From Hyphochytrium catenoides (taxonomy: Eukaryota > Protista > Hyphochytriomycota), in contig FLMG01000265.1 in the NCBI GenBank assembly GCA_900088475.1, positions 124,001-188,000 on the forward strand: a stretch of DNA of 64,000 nt, written 5' to 3'. This document shows, piece after piece, positions 1 through 13,537 of the stretch. Below the pieces are notes generated by a model. It did not search any database. It was given only the letters and a program-made list of their open reading frames with translations, and was not told where the DNA came from. A program made the translations under genes and the position numbers. Numbering within the stretch: position 1 is the first letter of the stretch; every line of letters starts with the position of its first letter.

Positions 1-660
1 TGCTAGATTCTGTCAACTGCCATCGATGTTATCGCTGGAGCAATGAAGAGGCGAAGGTTCCAATGTCAGTAAACTCCACCACCTTACTAATTTTATTTTT
101 GTTATAAACGGTCTCAGACAAGGGTGATCAGAAAACGCACTTACATCGCAAGTGGTAATATCAAGCCTGTAACCCTACAGTTAGGCCTACCTGGAACCAA
201 CACCGTAGTAATAAGTGAGAAGGAAACAATGCATCTGGTCAGCTTGAGCTCCACGAGCTCCATTGCCTTTCTCTTCCTCCTCGAAGCATTACACTCGGCC
301 TCCAACCTTGACTTCTTCCTCTTGACATTGAATGACCAATGACCTTGTCACCTGGTGGAAAGTAGGAACCGCAGTCGTTGCCAAGAATCAGTACCAATTC
401 TTCACTCCTTCAACAGGGACTAGCCAGCAGCGAGCACCACGAGTCAGCAAGACGCCGAGGCAGAGGCAGGCTATCTCTTGGGAAAGGCCAGGGCCAATGG
501 AGATGGTGCGATTGCCCTGTGGTTGATTAGTGAGCGTTGCATATAGATCGACAATGGTATTGGTCCTAGTGTTTCGAGCTCTGTCGGAGTTGGAGGAGGA
601 TTGGACTCGTTTGATTTGCACGGTTGCCAGCACCGTCATCGTCCTATACTTTCTTATCAA

Positions 661-2195
661 TATGGAGAAGAAGCAGGACAGCAAGGCGATTTCCATAAAG
701 CTCAAAGACATTGTTGGCCTTGCCGGAGCCGCCGAGTGCGAGACGCAGAGGTCGAAGGAGGGGATACCGTTGGATGCTGCTATCCACCCAGATAGAAAGT
801 TTGAGGACAAACCCACAACTAAAAGCATTGCGGTCGGGGTGTGCTACGTTCTGACAATTATGGCAACCAGCACCGTCCTTTCTGTCACATACCTACTGAC
901 AGCGGCAGTGTTCGTGACTCCATTTTCACGGTAAGGAACCCTTGCCTAACCTTAGACAGCTTCACGTGCTCACTATTTAATTCAAACCAGTCAGTATGCG
1001 GTATTTCTGATGCGGTATGGCATTGGTAAATGGTTCTCTATGACCAGTCTCATGCAGGAGGTGCTATTTGGTGTCCGCGTCAGGATCATAGTAGATAGTG
1101 ACGCTCCAGACATTCGTCTTACGAGAGAGGACGACTCCCTTCTCATCTGCAATCATCGAAGTGAGGTGGACTGGTTCTACTTTTGGTACAGCTTCCATAT
1201 AATGACGATGGGCAAAATGAACAATTTTCGCGCTAATCTCATCCTGCTCTTGTAGGAATCTCGGGGTGCGGTTTAACATGCATTCTGGCATGAGAACGAT
1301 GTTGAAGTCTCAGCTTAGGCTAATACCTGGGCCTGGGTAGGTAGCTTTATGGTCGTGAAGCGTTTTGGGCAGCTGACTCATTCTGTTACCGGTGCCTATT
1401 GTGACAGTTGGGCAATGACGCTGCTGCGATTCCCATTTGTCTCTCGAGCTTGGGAGAAAGATGCTGAAGCACTTCGTGCTACTATTGAGGGTTACAGGCA
1501 TGAAGGTTTACCAATATGCTTGGCAATGTTTCCAGAGGGCACGGCCCTCTATGACAGGGCCCTCATGTCATCTCACAAGTTCTCGGAAAAGAGTGGTTTG
1601 CCCAAGTATGAGTATGTCTTGCAGCCAAGGTTCAAAGGTTTCGAATATGTCGTCCAACACCTCCAGCCATCATATATTGTGGACGCTACCATTGCCTACC
1701 CGGAGCTGATGCAAGGAGTACGACCATCGCCGGTAAGCACTAGTCTCAAGAAACAGTGGTCAGCTGATAAATTGATCTAACTACGTCTTTCTCTTAGCTC
1801 CGCTTTTTGATGGGACTCTTTCCTAGAGATGTTGTTATTCATTATCGAAAGTATCGCCTTCCCGAAGTCACCCAGTTTGGTCAGGACGCTAAGGAATGGT
1901 ACGATGTTGGGAAGGGGTACCCCCTTTTCTATCGCTCACAACCTTGCTGCTTCAACCGTTTAGGCTGCGCAAAAGATTTGAAGCGAAGGAGCAGATGCTC
2001 AAGAACTTCTACACCACCGGGATACTTCCTGGCAAGGAGCTAGTGTTTGAACCGCTTGAAGACCGGTTCATTGCCGACACACTGTTTGTGCTGCTAGTGC
2101 TAGCGCTTTCTCTCTACCTGATGAGCGAGTTCTGGCTCATGCGGCTGTATTTCGTCTGTGGCGCCCTCTATTGTACACTTCGCACCTTGACTTAG
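661..2195 (+). CDS. Lysophospholipid acyltransferase (AGPAT/LCLAT1-like, PlsC family), multi-exon
   Basis: Spliced exons give catalytic motif NHRSEVDW (~1150-1175), MLKSQLRLIPGPGWAM, FPEGT (~1530), YVLQPRFKGF and a C-terminal hydrophobic helix. GT-AG introns, e.g. 931-990. Start ATG 661 is the most plausible but not certain. Confidence 0.85.
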
Positions 2196-2271
2196 AGAGG
2201 CAACAAGACAGGACTTATAGACCCCGATAGATCGACGACCTAACAACATGCCAGCTATAATTTACCATATA

Positions 2272-2277
2272 AATAAA
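2272..2277 (+). promoter_or_regulatory. Candidate AATAAA polyadenylation signal of the acyltransferase gene
   Basis: AATAAA ~75 nt after the stop at 2195. Confidence 0.3.
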
Positions 2278-3095
2278 CTATGGTGGGACTCATGAGCATC
2301 AAGTGTCAGTACAACGATCAAGATTGTGGTTGAGAAGGCACTCCTTAACGGACGCATGTGTCCGAGCTTTGATCGGGATAGAACTACGCAAGCAATATCT
2401 GCTCCGACTACCAATCGCATCCGATCTGGCATCGAGTGACTTGAAAGGTGGCGATTAAGGGAAGTCGGAAGCTCATGTTCACTTGCTCCTCATTTCTTTT
2501 TTCTCTCTTTCGCGCAGACTAATTCCTCCCGTCCCACCGCTTGATGCCGTTTTTATAATTCATTTGCTCTTCTATTTGACTGCTCTGATGGTACTCTGAG
2601 GTAGTTGCACACTTCTATGATGACTGAAAATCAAGGGTTTAGCATGACTGATGACGATCGATGGTTATTATAATAGTGGAAGAAGAAGAAGGGAAATGAT
2701 GTACTGGACTCCGAGTAAGAGCACGATTAGATGACACGAATCCAGACTAGTAAACAATTTAGCAAGCAGTTCAAGCTACAAAACTAGGAAGGTTGTAGTT
2801 GTCGTTCTTGGGAGTCGATGACTTTTAGGCTTGTACTTGTTCAGTGTGATAAGGGCAAAACCGAAAGGCCATCATTTCTAGCATCTTTGTGGAAGATCCA
2901 GACCTTGACCAACAACAGAACTACTTGAGGGCCTCTACTCATAACAGTTCTACGACTCAGTGGCTCATACCACCATTTGCCATACTCCGTCGTCATAATA
3001 GGGCCCACCATCCCTGAAACAAGCTGTTCCGGAGCTGTAGAGCGGCATTCAACGATTGAGATTGTGAAGTGATAACAAGACGTATTCACTAAAGG

Positions 3096-5208
3096 ATGAG
3101 GTTCGTGTGCTGCCGTAGTAGCAGCAAGTACCGGAGGTATTACTCCTTTGAGGAAGCCGTTGTGAAAGGATGGTCAGACGACGGGGGTATGATCCTGCCA
3201 GCTTTGGATGAGGTAAGGAGCTTGCCTACTGCTTCCTAGTAGCCTTTCATGGAGAGCGAATACTAAGAATAATTGGTCAGATACCCTACTTCGACAGCCA
3301 TAAACTGCGCAATTGGGCGGACCTGCCTTATGAAGAACTCTGTTACCAAATACTGTCTCACTTCATCCCAGAAGATGAGATACCTGCTGACGTACTTCGA
3401 TCGCTGCTAGCTAGTGCCTTCGGGTGCTTTGGGAGTCCCGAGGTTAGCTCATTTATTGGCTGTTTTCAGAGAAATTATTCAACAAAAGATCCTCAGGTGG
3501 TCACCGTGAAAGACCTAGGACAAAACTTGCAGGTTGTGGAGCTGTGGCATGGCCCCACCGCTGCTTTTAAGGTATAGTAGTCAAAGGGCTGCTACAATCT
3601 AGATGAGCCCGATGGCTACTGACCTTTGATGTTAGGATCTTGGCATGCAGGTTCTTGCAGAGCTACTTAGCTACTTCATGAAGAAACGAGAGGAGAATCT
3701 CACTCTTCTTGTTGGAACGAGTGGTGATACCGGATCTTCTGCAATACATTCCGTCCTGGGCAAGGAAAATGTTTGTAGCCGTGTAAGCAAAGGCTTTGTT
3801 TATGATGCCTCTGACATCTGTTTGCTTGTAGATGAACCTCGTCGTTCTCTTTCCCAAAGGACGAATATCCGAGGTTCAGGAGCTGCAGATGACATCGGTC
3901 GGATCACAAGCTCCTAACGTCAAAGTTGTGGGTATGTCCTTGTTACAGATTCACCAAACAATGTAGTCTCTCACAAGTGCAAACCGCAAACTAGGAGTGG
4001 AAGGGACATCAGATGATTTGGATGTGCCTATCGAGGCCCTCTTTAGAGATCTGGAGTTCCGACGGCGGAATAATCTAGGCAGCGTCAATTCTGTCAATAT
4101 TTGTCGGCTGTTAGTACAGATAGTACACTACTTCTATGCCTACCTAAGGCACGATCCCACTGCCCAGAGCACCATAAACTTCAGCATTCCTACAGGCGCG
4201 GGAGGCCATGTTACAGCCGGAATATTGGGGCGTCTGATGGGGTTGCCTGTCAACCGTCTTATAGTTGCTACAAACGAGAACGATATATTCTCAAGGGTGA
4301 GCAGACGGCCTTATTACCAGACTTCCCTCGATTTGTCTCAGATCTCTTATCTCCCACTTAGTGGCTGAAAACTGGAACTTTTGCGAGGAAGAACTCTGTC
4401 CAAAGGACCACCTCCCCCTCTATGGACATTCAAGTTCCTTACAACATCGAAAGAGTCCTCTTTTTATTTGCAAATGGCACAGGTCACTTGGTAAGTCATA
4501 GGATTATGGTAGAATAGATGTCCCTCATGACTGCGCCAACTCTAGGTCTCAAAGTGGATGCGAGAGTTTAGAGAAACCGGAAAGCTTGAGTTCTCTTATG
4601 GCGAAATGGAAAGAATCCGCACCTTGTTCTCCCTCCGAGGACACTCAATCACAGACCAGAAAGTCTTAGCCGTAGGTGGAGCCATGATTTTACCTGGCTT
4701 ACAAAAGAAGCTAAGCGGCATTCGCTCACCTCGATAGACCATTTCAGAAGTGCACCGAGAGAAGAATTACCCTCTGGACCCACACACGGCAGTTGGTGTC
4801 GCCGCGGCCCTGGAGGAAGGAACTCAAAAGATGACGGTATGAAATCCTCCTACCTACACAGCTACGGTTCTCATCCTTGTCTCTTTGCCAGATTTGCATG
4901 GGCTGTGCTCACGCGGTGAAGTTTCTGGAGACACTCGGAAAGGCCCTGAACTCTTCTAGAGACGCTGCTGAGCTATTAACCTCAGCCGATAGGAGCCATC
5001 CCCATGTCACCAGGATATTAGGGTACGAAGCTAGCCGTTATTATTGCAAAAGGTGGGCACTGGAGCTAATGAAGCGCTCTTTAGCTTACGGGGCAAGAAC
5101 TTTCCATATGACGTCTTTCCAGCTGGCACCGATTGGAAACTGCAACTCAGGAGCATCGTCACCAACATGAGAGGAAGCATTCCCGCATCCACGAATCAGT
5201 TGGGTTAA
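3096..5208 (+). CDS. THNSL2: Threonine synthase / threonine synthase-like 2 (PLP-dependent), multi-exon
   Basis: N-terminus MRFVCCRS...SFEEAVVKGWSDDGGMILP; PLP-lysine motif ELWHGPTAAFK|DLGMQ; LLVGTSGDTGSSA; NSVNICRLLVQIVHYFYAY; PSMDIQVPYNIER; LDPHTAVG. Last exon ends DWKLQLRSIV...QLG* at 5208. Confidence 0.85.
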
Positions 5209-5624
5209 GTAGAGTAGCAACCCTTCCTATGCCTAGGCAACCGGTCTTGGGAATCAGTGGCGTTGGCAGGCTGTACCAACTTTCGCATCCGTCACCCGGC
5301 CAGGGACTGTTGACTGAGCAGTCAGACGCTTCTGTGACCGCCGATACTAGCTGGGCAATGTAGGAGCCGGTGGAATGGCCGCTGTGTAACAATCATCTCA
5401 TTTGTCTTTGATGGGTTGGGGATTATTTGTACATAGATTCGGTATAAAATAACCGTTGAACTATTTTATTCTAAATTCGTTTGCTACGGGAGGAGTACTG
5501 GGAGAGATGCCGTTTCGTCTTTCTTTCTATCAATTCGTCCGATAAGTGAACAGAGGCTTGCCTGCCTTCGCAGACCAGGCCCTGACTGCAATGTCCCAGG
5601 CAAGCTCCTCAAGCCCCTGAGAAA

Positions 5625-8600
5625 ATGGCGGCGTTATCTGCAGTAGCGCCGCCTGCTCCCCAAGCTGCAAGGCGAAAGATAAAGGCCAGCTCGCAGGGCT
5701 TGAGTTCTAATCCTCCTCTAAAGGAGATGGTCTAAGGATGTTCACCACGAGCAGAACCGTTCGGTTCTGATGCGTCAACTTTTTTGCCAAGGTCTCTATA
5801 TCTCGCCTGCCACAGGGATTAGCGCAGCGGCCGGAGGTTTGACAAGCATGCTAGTCGTGATGAGAGCAGTCTACTTGGCCCTGAGGATCCAAGTAAGGGC
5901 CACACTAGCCTCAGCTCCACAACCAGTCTGTTGAAGGGGAGACAGCGGCTAAAATGCCCGCTATCAAACAAAGAAATGGGTCTCCAGGACAAAGGAGGTG
6001 AGGCCAGACCTAAGTCCTAGCCCTTATCATCGTGTCTTAGAGCTTCCTCAAGGGTTCCACCTCACAAGATAGAGCCTCTGGTCTTCAAGGCTCAGGTGAC
6101 TCCCTATGCAGATGGACACCGTCAGAAGCCTTCGAACAACAATGAAATTATAGAAAATGGGTTAGATCCCATTGTCAAAAGTAGCTCGCTCACCTCTAGT
6201 GAAGCAGATCATGGACGGTTCGTGTTCGTAAAATAGGACAGAAAGCCATTCAGCTTTTGACTGACCTATATCCTCACAGCCTCACGCGGCTGCTGCAGAA
6301 CTGCAAAAAGAACGAGGGTATTGCTTATGAAGAAGTGCCACCGGAGATTTATACCTCTGAGCAGCTGGACTTGAATGTGCGCGTCAATGAAATAGTACAA
6401 GAGATTAACTCTGCTGACTGTCCAATCGCTTTATAGAGCTGGTCGTATCTTATCACCGACAACGTTCTAAGGGCTATCGGTGACCTTAACGCCACGGTAG
6501 CGATTAATCAGCATTTGGAACATGGTCGACGAGGTTAGGCACTGCGACACTGTGGCAATGCTTCTTGAATTCTTAGTGACAGTCATCATCTCCTTGGTCG
6601 GGCAGTCGACGCACACTCCATTTTAGAGGCTTCAAACAAGGCTAGCCTCTCGCGAAAGCTAACAAAGCTCCTTATTCACGATGCACAGAAGGTAGAGGCG
6701 GTGAGCTAGTGGGAAATGAGAGACAATGAAGTGACACGCTTGTTCTTAGGCTACTGACTGGGGATTTACTTATCTTGGGTCTAAAATAAAGTCGTTGGAA
6801 GAGCTTGATATTGGAAAAAATGTTCAGGTGAGTCTTTTCTATGACATAGATCGCTGTCATAGGTTCTGCCACAACTTTTACTGAGTGACACTCCATTAGC
6901 TCACAGATGTGGGCATACGAGCGATTTTGATGAACAATGCGAACCTTGAGATTCTCAATGCCAGCGGCCTTCCGGGGGTGACGTCTACTGGTCTAGCCGT
7001 TATGGGCCAGACCTGTCGGCGGTTAACGCGTAAGACCTCCCAACTCTAAGGGAACTGTCAGCGACTCAGCTTTGCACGTCTCTTTTACAGAGCTTGACTT
7101 GTCAAACAACATTGACACAACTGAATGGATGCTGCACCAGATCTTTGCAGGCTGCACTCTCCTTCGGCACATCAACCTCAGCATGTGCCCCAACGTAACA
7201 GATAACGCACTAAAAGCTCTAGCTAACAATTGCAAGTTTGTGGAGTATCTCAATGTGGGGGCTTGTCGCCAGGTAAGGACTCCTCATGCAAAGCGTGACT
7301 TAAAGGCCATAACTCCTCCAGTTGACTGTAGGTTTCAGATGTGGGCGTATTGGCGGTCACTCAAGGATGCGCTACATTGCGGACTCTCAACCTTCATCGT
7401 AAGGAAATGCCCTACCGGATAACAGATGTCTGTCTGTTGGCACTATCTGAAAAGTGTTCGGTGATTGAGACGTTGGTGCTAGCTGGGTGTGAGATGGTCA
7501 CTGACGTAGGCATCAGCTGGATTAGTAGTCACTGTTCGGGAGTGAAAGAGCTTGACTTGAAGGGCTGCATGAAGATCACCGACGCCTCTATGCGCTGCAT
7601 TAGCGAGGGCTTTGGACAGATTGAGGCCCTAAACCTGGCAGGTGACACAGACTTGTCGATTCTTATGGTTCTGAGAATATACTCACAATGGGAATCTAGG
7701 CTGCAGTCAGGTGACAGACGTTGGCATTCGCTATCTTTCCATGAGGTGTCAGGCTTTGCGGAAGCTCAACCTAAGTGGTCTGCATTTCGTTTCAGATGGG
7801 ATGCAAAGAGATTTCGGTTTGGGTAAGCTTCTTTATCAGAGACTAAACTGAGAGCGCTTTGTATTCCCAACTTAAAACCGCCTTCTCTTCGCTCAGAGGG
7901 CCTACAGGCCCTTGCGAAGAATTGCAACCTGATTACGGAACTTCACCTCAATGGTTGCTTCCGGGTAGCTGAGGTAGCTGGAAAGTCCCTTTTATACGAT
8001 GCTCGTATTGGTCTAAGCTCTATTTCCGCCTTTTGTAGCTTGCTTTAAGAACCATTGCAAAGGGCTGTCAGGTCCTTAAGCACCTCAGTTTGGCCAACTG
8101 TCCCAATGTCACCGTTGACGGGATCGCGAAAATTGCTCAGGTGGGTACCATAGGCAACAACTATTTGGAGCAAAGGCATAGAGAGGAAACTGACCAGATG
8201 AGTGGTCGATGAATCTGACCTCTTACTCCCCGCCAGTACTGCATCTCCCTGCGTTCACTGAACCTTGCGGAATGCCCCAACACTTGTGACAAGATGGTTG
8301 CATATCTCAGCAACTACAGCAGACAGTTGAGGACCTTGAACCTTACTAACAACGACAAAATTACTGACATCAGCCTGAAGTACCTAAGTAAAGGCTGTAA
8401 GAACCTGCAGGTACTGGGAGTGGCAGGTGCGTAGCCCCCACCAAATCTAACTTTTACTCAATGTCGACGCCATTTTGTTCACGACCTACATTCTTTCTTG
8501 ACTCGTTCAATTTATCATAACCTCAAGGGTGCAAGCAAATCACGGACGAGGGTGTCCTCTACCTCACAGAAGCAGACTTTACCCCGGGGCTGGAGGACCT

Positions 8601-11600
8601 CAACCTGAAAGGGTGCCCCTTAGTAACTGAAGCAGCCATTTCATGGCTGTCCGAGCGCTGCAAGACCATTTTGACGTTAAACGTGAAAGTATGTTCACCC
8701 AAGTTCCCTCGTCCACCTCTACCATCGTTCACTCCGTGGTTACCTTTGTCGCAGCCATTCGATCTCTGAAATGTTGACTAACGTTATCAACTTGCTTAAT
8801 CCAGAAATGCTCAGTCACTGTCAGCGGTATCCGAAGCATGAGAGAGGCCTGGAGGTATTCTGACTTTCATGCAGATGAGGACTTTCTTGGCATGAAGCCC
8901 AAAGACAGGGCTAGCGACAGAAGAATGGTGAATAACTATGCAAGGCGATGGCAAGCAGCGGTCAAAATCCAGGTCTCATTATCCACATCCGAAACTGCGC
9001 GTCTTCTCTCTCCTTCTTCTAGTCCTTATACTATAATGCAACGTCCCGTTCTTGGGTGCATGTTGTCCCACTTGATACCATATGGATGTTGACCAGGCTT
9101 GCCACAAATAGGCATTATGTAGGGGCAGAATTTCGCGAAGACGGACTGCTCTCTTACGCCAGGATCGGAGCTTTGTATTGGGCATGATTCAACTGCAGAG
9201 TATTTGGCGGGGATGGAAGGCTCGACTCTATTGTGAGGGCTTGAGGATGAGGAAGATGCTGGAAGCTACGTCCGCCGTTAAAATTCAGGTGTTCATATAC
9301 CCTTACTCCTTATGCGAGAGGAACATCTTTGATCCGTTGTAACGGGGCTTTTCTTAAGGTGTTTTCAAGCTTCACCTTGTCCTGGCCCCACATAGTTTTT
9401 TAAAATAGTTTCAGTGGAGTGAATCAGCTCTAGTCGAAGCAACGCTTAACTCACTCATAGGTTTGCTCCTGCACTCTCTTTGTTCAATACGGCTGTAGAC
9501 TTGTTCCAGAGGTTATCTTGCTAGACGCCTACTTGCTAAACTGCGGCACGAAGACCTGGAACGGCGCAAGGTTCATTGCTGTATCATGGTCCAACGCATG
9601 TGGCGACGGAAGAAGTCAAGAGATATTCTGGAGGCCTATCGCAAGGTATGGGCTGTAACGGTTAGCGGGAGGGTTGCTACTTGCGAATGAAGAAGCTTCG
9701 GCTGGGATGCACCTGTAGGCAAGGCTGGCGAAGGAAAAACGGAGGCATGAGGCAGCGACGACCCTGCAGAGGCTTTGGAGGACGAAGCTAGAGCGCAGAC
9801 GCTTTCTACAACAAAGAGAGGTAAAGCTGCAGCGTCAGCAGCTAGAACACAAGTCGGCCATTAAGATACAATGCCTTGCTCGGTACGTGGACCTAGTTCC
9901 TCTAATGATTTACGATAGATTTGATGCCTGTCTGCAACTCCGGTGCAGGAGATATCTGGCGCGAAAGACTGTTGAAGCAAAACGGAAAGCTCAAGCAGCC
10001 ATGAAAGCTCTGATTGCAAGGATGACAATAAGGGTGAGTCACTAGAGTGCAAACTGCTAGCTACCCAGACAAGGTAGGACATTGCTGACCACCTATTTAT
10101 CCAGATACAGAGCGTAGTACGCATGCTACTGGCGCGAAAGAGACTTCGGAACTGGAAGGAATATCAAAAGCTTAAAGAGGTGGGAGGAGAAAAGGGCTAA
10201 GGATTATCATAAGACTCAGTGTTACCACATCCACCTTCCTTTAGCAAGCGGCCATTCGCATCCAGTGTCTTTGGAGACTAAGAAAGAGCAAGATGACAGC
10301 ACAGATGATCCGCTTTGCCAAACAGGACCAAGAAAGTAAGCCACTTCAGCTTTTGCTTTCCTGCAGTTGATATCGTCTTCGATGTTCTAGTTCTTGATTA
10401 CTGTAAGCCGACACAATTTACATCCTTCCGTCTATAGGAGAGAGAGCAGCAAAAATGCTCCAGGCGGCTTGGCGGAGAAAGCAAGGCTACTTTGCTGCGC
10501 ACCTTCTCCGTCTTGCCAAACAAGACTATCAAAGAAAACTAGAAGTTGCGACCCGAAAAGTCCAAAGACTTTGGAGAGGCCACAGAGGAAGAAAGGAGTT
10601 CAGGGTGGCAAAATCCGCATTGGCAAATGTCAGTTTTACCGATTCTTTTCTGGCGATTACCAGCCTTCTACATATCCTATCGCTCCCGACCCTTCTCGCG
10701 CGTCCTCCTTCAAGTGGGTGGGGTGAAGGGGGTACGCTTTTTGAGCGTACTCTTATCATTCTATCTTCAAACCTTCTTCTAACTTACGAAGCTGCTTCTA
10801 AGATCTATCTTCACCGACCCTCCATCAGCCTTAGGTGACGTCATGAATTTACATGTTACCTAGTGTCTGCCGCAATGCCCTCTATCCTTTTCTTCTACAA
10901 CTGGAAGACTGTCTTTTTTTCCAGCTTTTTTTCCCGCCTATCGGCTTCGGTTCTGTTGTTCAACCTCTCTCCATGCTAATTGAGATTTGAGCCAGCACGT
11001 CGCAAAGAAGCTTGCGCTGGAGAAGTGGGCAGCCACTAAGATTCAAGCACGATATAGAGGTATAAAGGCAAGGAAACTGTTCCAAGTCCTCAAGCTTGAG
11101 AGGAAGAAGCGTTGGAAGGAGATGCTTGACACCGACAAGAACCAGAGATTTTATTACGTGAGTAGAAACGTACCTGGCCTATATTTGCTGAGACTATATC
11201 TTCCCAAGTGCCTCCTTAACTTGTTTATGGCGGCATAGAATCAAGACACAGGAGAGATCCGCTACCGCATTCCCCAGGACCTTCTTGACCTGCTGCCATT
11301 ACCATTGTGTGGGAACTGCGGTAAGACGTTTGCACAGTCGTGCTTGCAAACATTTCCATACTCCAGGCTTCGCCATTTCCTCCCGAGGGTGTCTAAACTT
11401 CTGATGACATGCTGACCTATCCTCAGCACTTAGAGCCTAGAGGCCATTGTTGCTCATGCATCGTCTCCATCGCCGTACTATGTCCTCTTATGTATCGTTT
11501 CTGCAACTATCAACTGGCGCTACAGAGAAGGACAAAGCGACTTGTGAATGCAAGGACTGCGGAGAATATTACTGCAGAGCTGTACGTATTCGTTGAAATG

Positions 11601-13387
11601 CTTGTCCTGTGATGCATGCTCACAATTTTCCCTTCTGGCCACACAGTGCTTTCAACCTGTGCACTCTGGAGGGAAGAGAAAGAGCCACGGCTTCCGTGTC
11701 CTGTTTGACTACTACGGCTATAGGGTAGACTATGGAGACGGGGAGTTTCCATCTAAGTGGCCTACCGAGATTGAGCAGGACGAGATCTCCGGTTGGTATC
11801 TGCGCATTAAGCCCTTCCGGCAACCCGTCCAGGTGGTGGGGGACTGGGAGAAGTATTTGGATAACGACTCCGGGAAGGAATGGTTTTATGACACTGTGAC
11901 GAAGGTCGGGACCTACGATATGCCACCGGAGTTCTTTAATCCAGTCCTAGCTCAAGCCATCAAAAACGCTGCATTCTGGGAGAAGTACTTTGATAGCGGC
12001 ACCAGCCAGGACTTCTACTATAATAGAGAAACAGGTAAGTTCGGAGTAGTAATCCCTTCACTGTGGTTGCCAAATGTTTGGGACGCACCTTGGTCGCATT
12101 TTTCATAGAATCATTTCAAGGGCTAGATTGTCATAACGCTCGTCTCTGCCACTCGTTCTCGTCCAGTTACTAACCATCATTCGAACTATTGATACTAACA
12201 AAGACGTTGTTCAGGGGAGAGCACTTTTATTCGGCCCACAGGCTTCAGTACGCCAAGATCCGCAGATCAAATGTCTCCAGAGATTGTGGCTAAGAGCTGG
12301 ACTATGTATCTTGACAACGCGACAGGAGTTGCCATATACTATAATACATCAACTAAAGAGCGGACATTCCAGAAACCAGCGGAGTACTTGACACCTAGAA
12401 AAGGCGATCCAGTTGCAGAACAAGGAAATCACAGTTGGGCCAAGTACTTTGACGTAGAGTCTCAACGATACTTCTATTACAACTCTGAGACGGGAGAAAG
12501 CACCTTCACGAGGCCTCCGAACTTTAAAACGCCCAGGGCTGGCCAGGATGTACTGGAGACAGGAACGGGAGGCTGGGCCAAATACTTCAACGATGCCACC
12601 AAGAAGCACTTCTACTACAACTCTGTTACGGGTGAAAGCGCCTACGAGAGACCTCTCGACTTCTTCACACCCAGAAGTAGGACGGCCAGAAAACAAAGTC
12701 AGCATTCTGGGTTTGCTTGGACCAAGTATTACGATGCTAGCACCGGCTTAGATTTTTATTATAACAGCGCTACCGGAGAGAGCACCTTTCAGAGGCCCTT
12801 GGATTACGAGGATGGCAAGGGTGAAAATCAAACACGCAGAAGTGCCACGACAGAGCGTGGAGTGGTGACTCCTACCACGACTAGTTCTCAAGGCAATTCT
12901 GCACCTCTAGGTCCAGAGAGTCAACCAGCTGGGAGGCTTCACGAAGACACTTGGGTCAAATACTGGGATGGAGAGAAAAATATCCCCTTCTACTACAACA
13001 GAGAGTCTCAGATGGTGACATATGACAGGTAAACCAAGGTCACCCAATGACACCCATACAAGGAGGCTGACAGAATTGTGATGCTCCCGCAGGCCATTTG
13101 GTATTGTCACCCCAAGGACGGTGCAGAAGCCCGTTGAAAGCTACGGAACCACCAAATGGGCTAAGTACTGGGATGACGTGACTCATCAATACTATTTCTT
13201 CAACACTGGCACCAAGAAGTCATCCTTCGATAAGCCAGCAGAGCTGTTAAGTCCCTCCCTGGAACAAAAACCATTAGTAGTAGGGAAAGGAGGCTGGGCA
13301 AAATACCTGGATGACGAGACGAAGAGCTACTACTATCACAATTCATCACAGCAGATCAGCACCTTCGAAAAGCCCGCCGAATTCTAA
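5625..13387 (+). CDS. Large multidomain protein: cysteine-containing LRRs (FBXL/AMN1-type), ~11 IQ motifs, B-box zinc finger and 10 WW-like repeats
   Basis: LRRs such as LRHINLSMCPNVTDNAL and LDLKGCMKITDASM (~6750-8830). IQ motifs such as AATKIQARYRGIKARK and KVQRLWRGHRGRK (~8950-11080). B-box CGNC..CECKDCGEYYC..C...H......H (~11305-11690). WW-like repeats at ~11110 and 11845-13380. The junctions I checked keep frame; the 5' start is less certain. Confidence 0.8.
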
Positions 13388-13537
13388 ACAGCCAGACTTA
13401 ATTCCGGCCTACCTGACTAGAATAACCGGCGGGTGGCATAGGTCATAAAGGAGGTATAGAACCACTTAGGATCAAGCGAAGTCTGGGCACCCCGGCTGAG
13501 ATGACAGGGCAAAAAGAAATTGGTTGTGTCAGGTTTT

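Noticed and set aside
1-530. Possible minus-strand exons at the window start, and ORFs 124-342, 332-526 and 388-828
   Set aside because: Splice-like signals exist, but I could not build a consistent reading frame or recognise a product.
2580-2760. Cluster of TGATGA/CTGA motifs suggesting a C/D snoRNA or hammerhead core
   Set aside because: Box spacing is wrong, there is no terminal stem or recognisable rRNA guide, and no GAAA follows a stem II.
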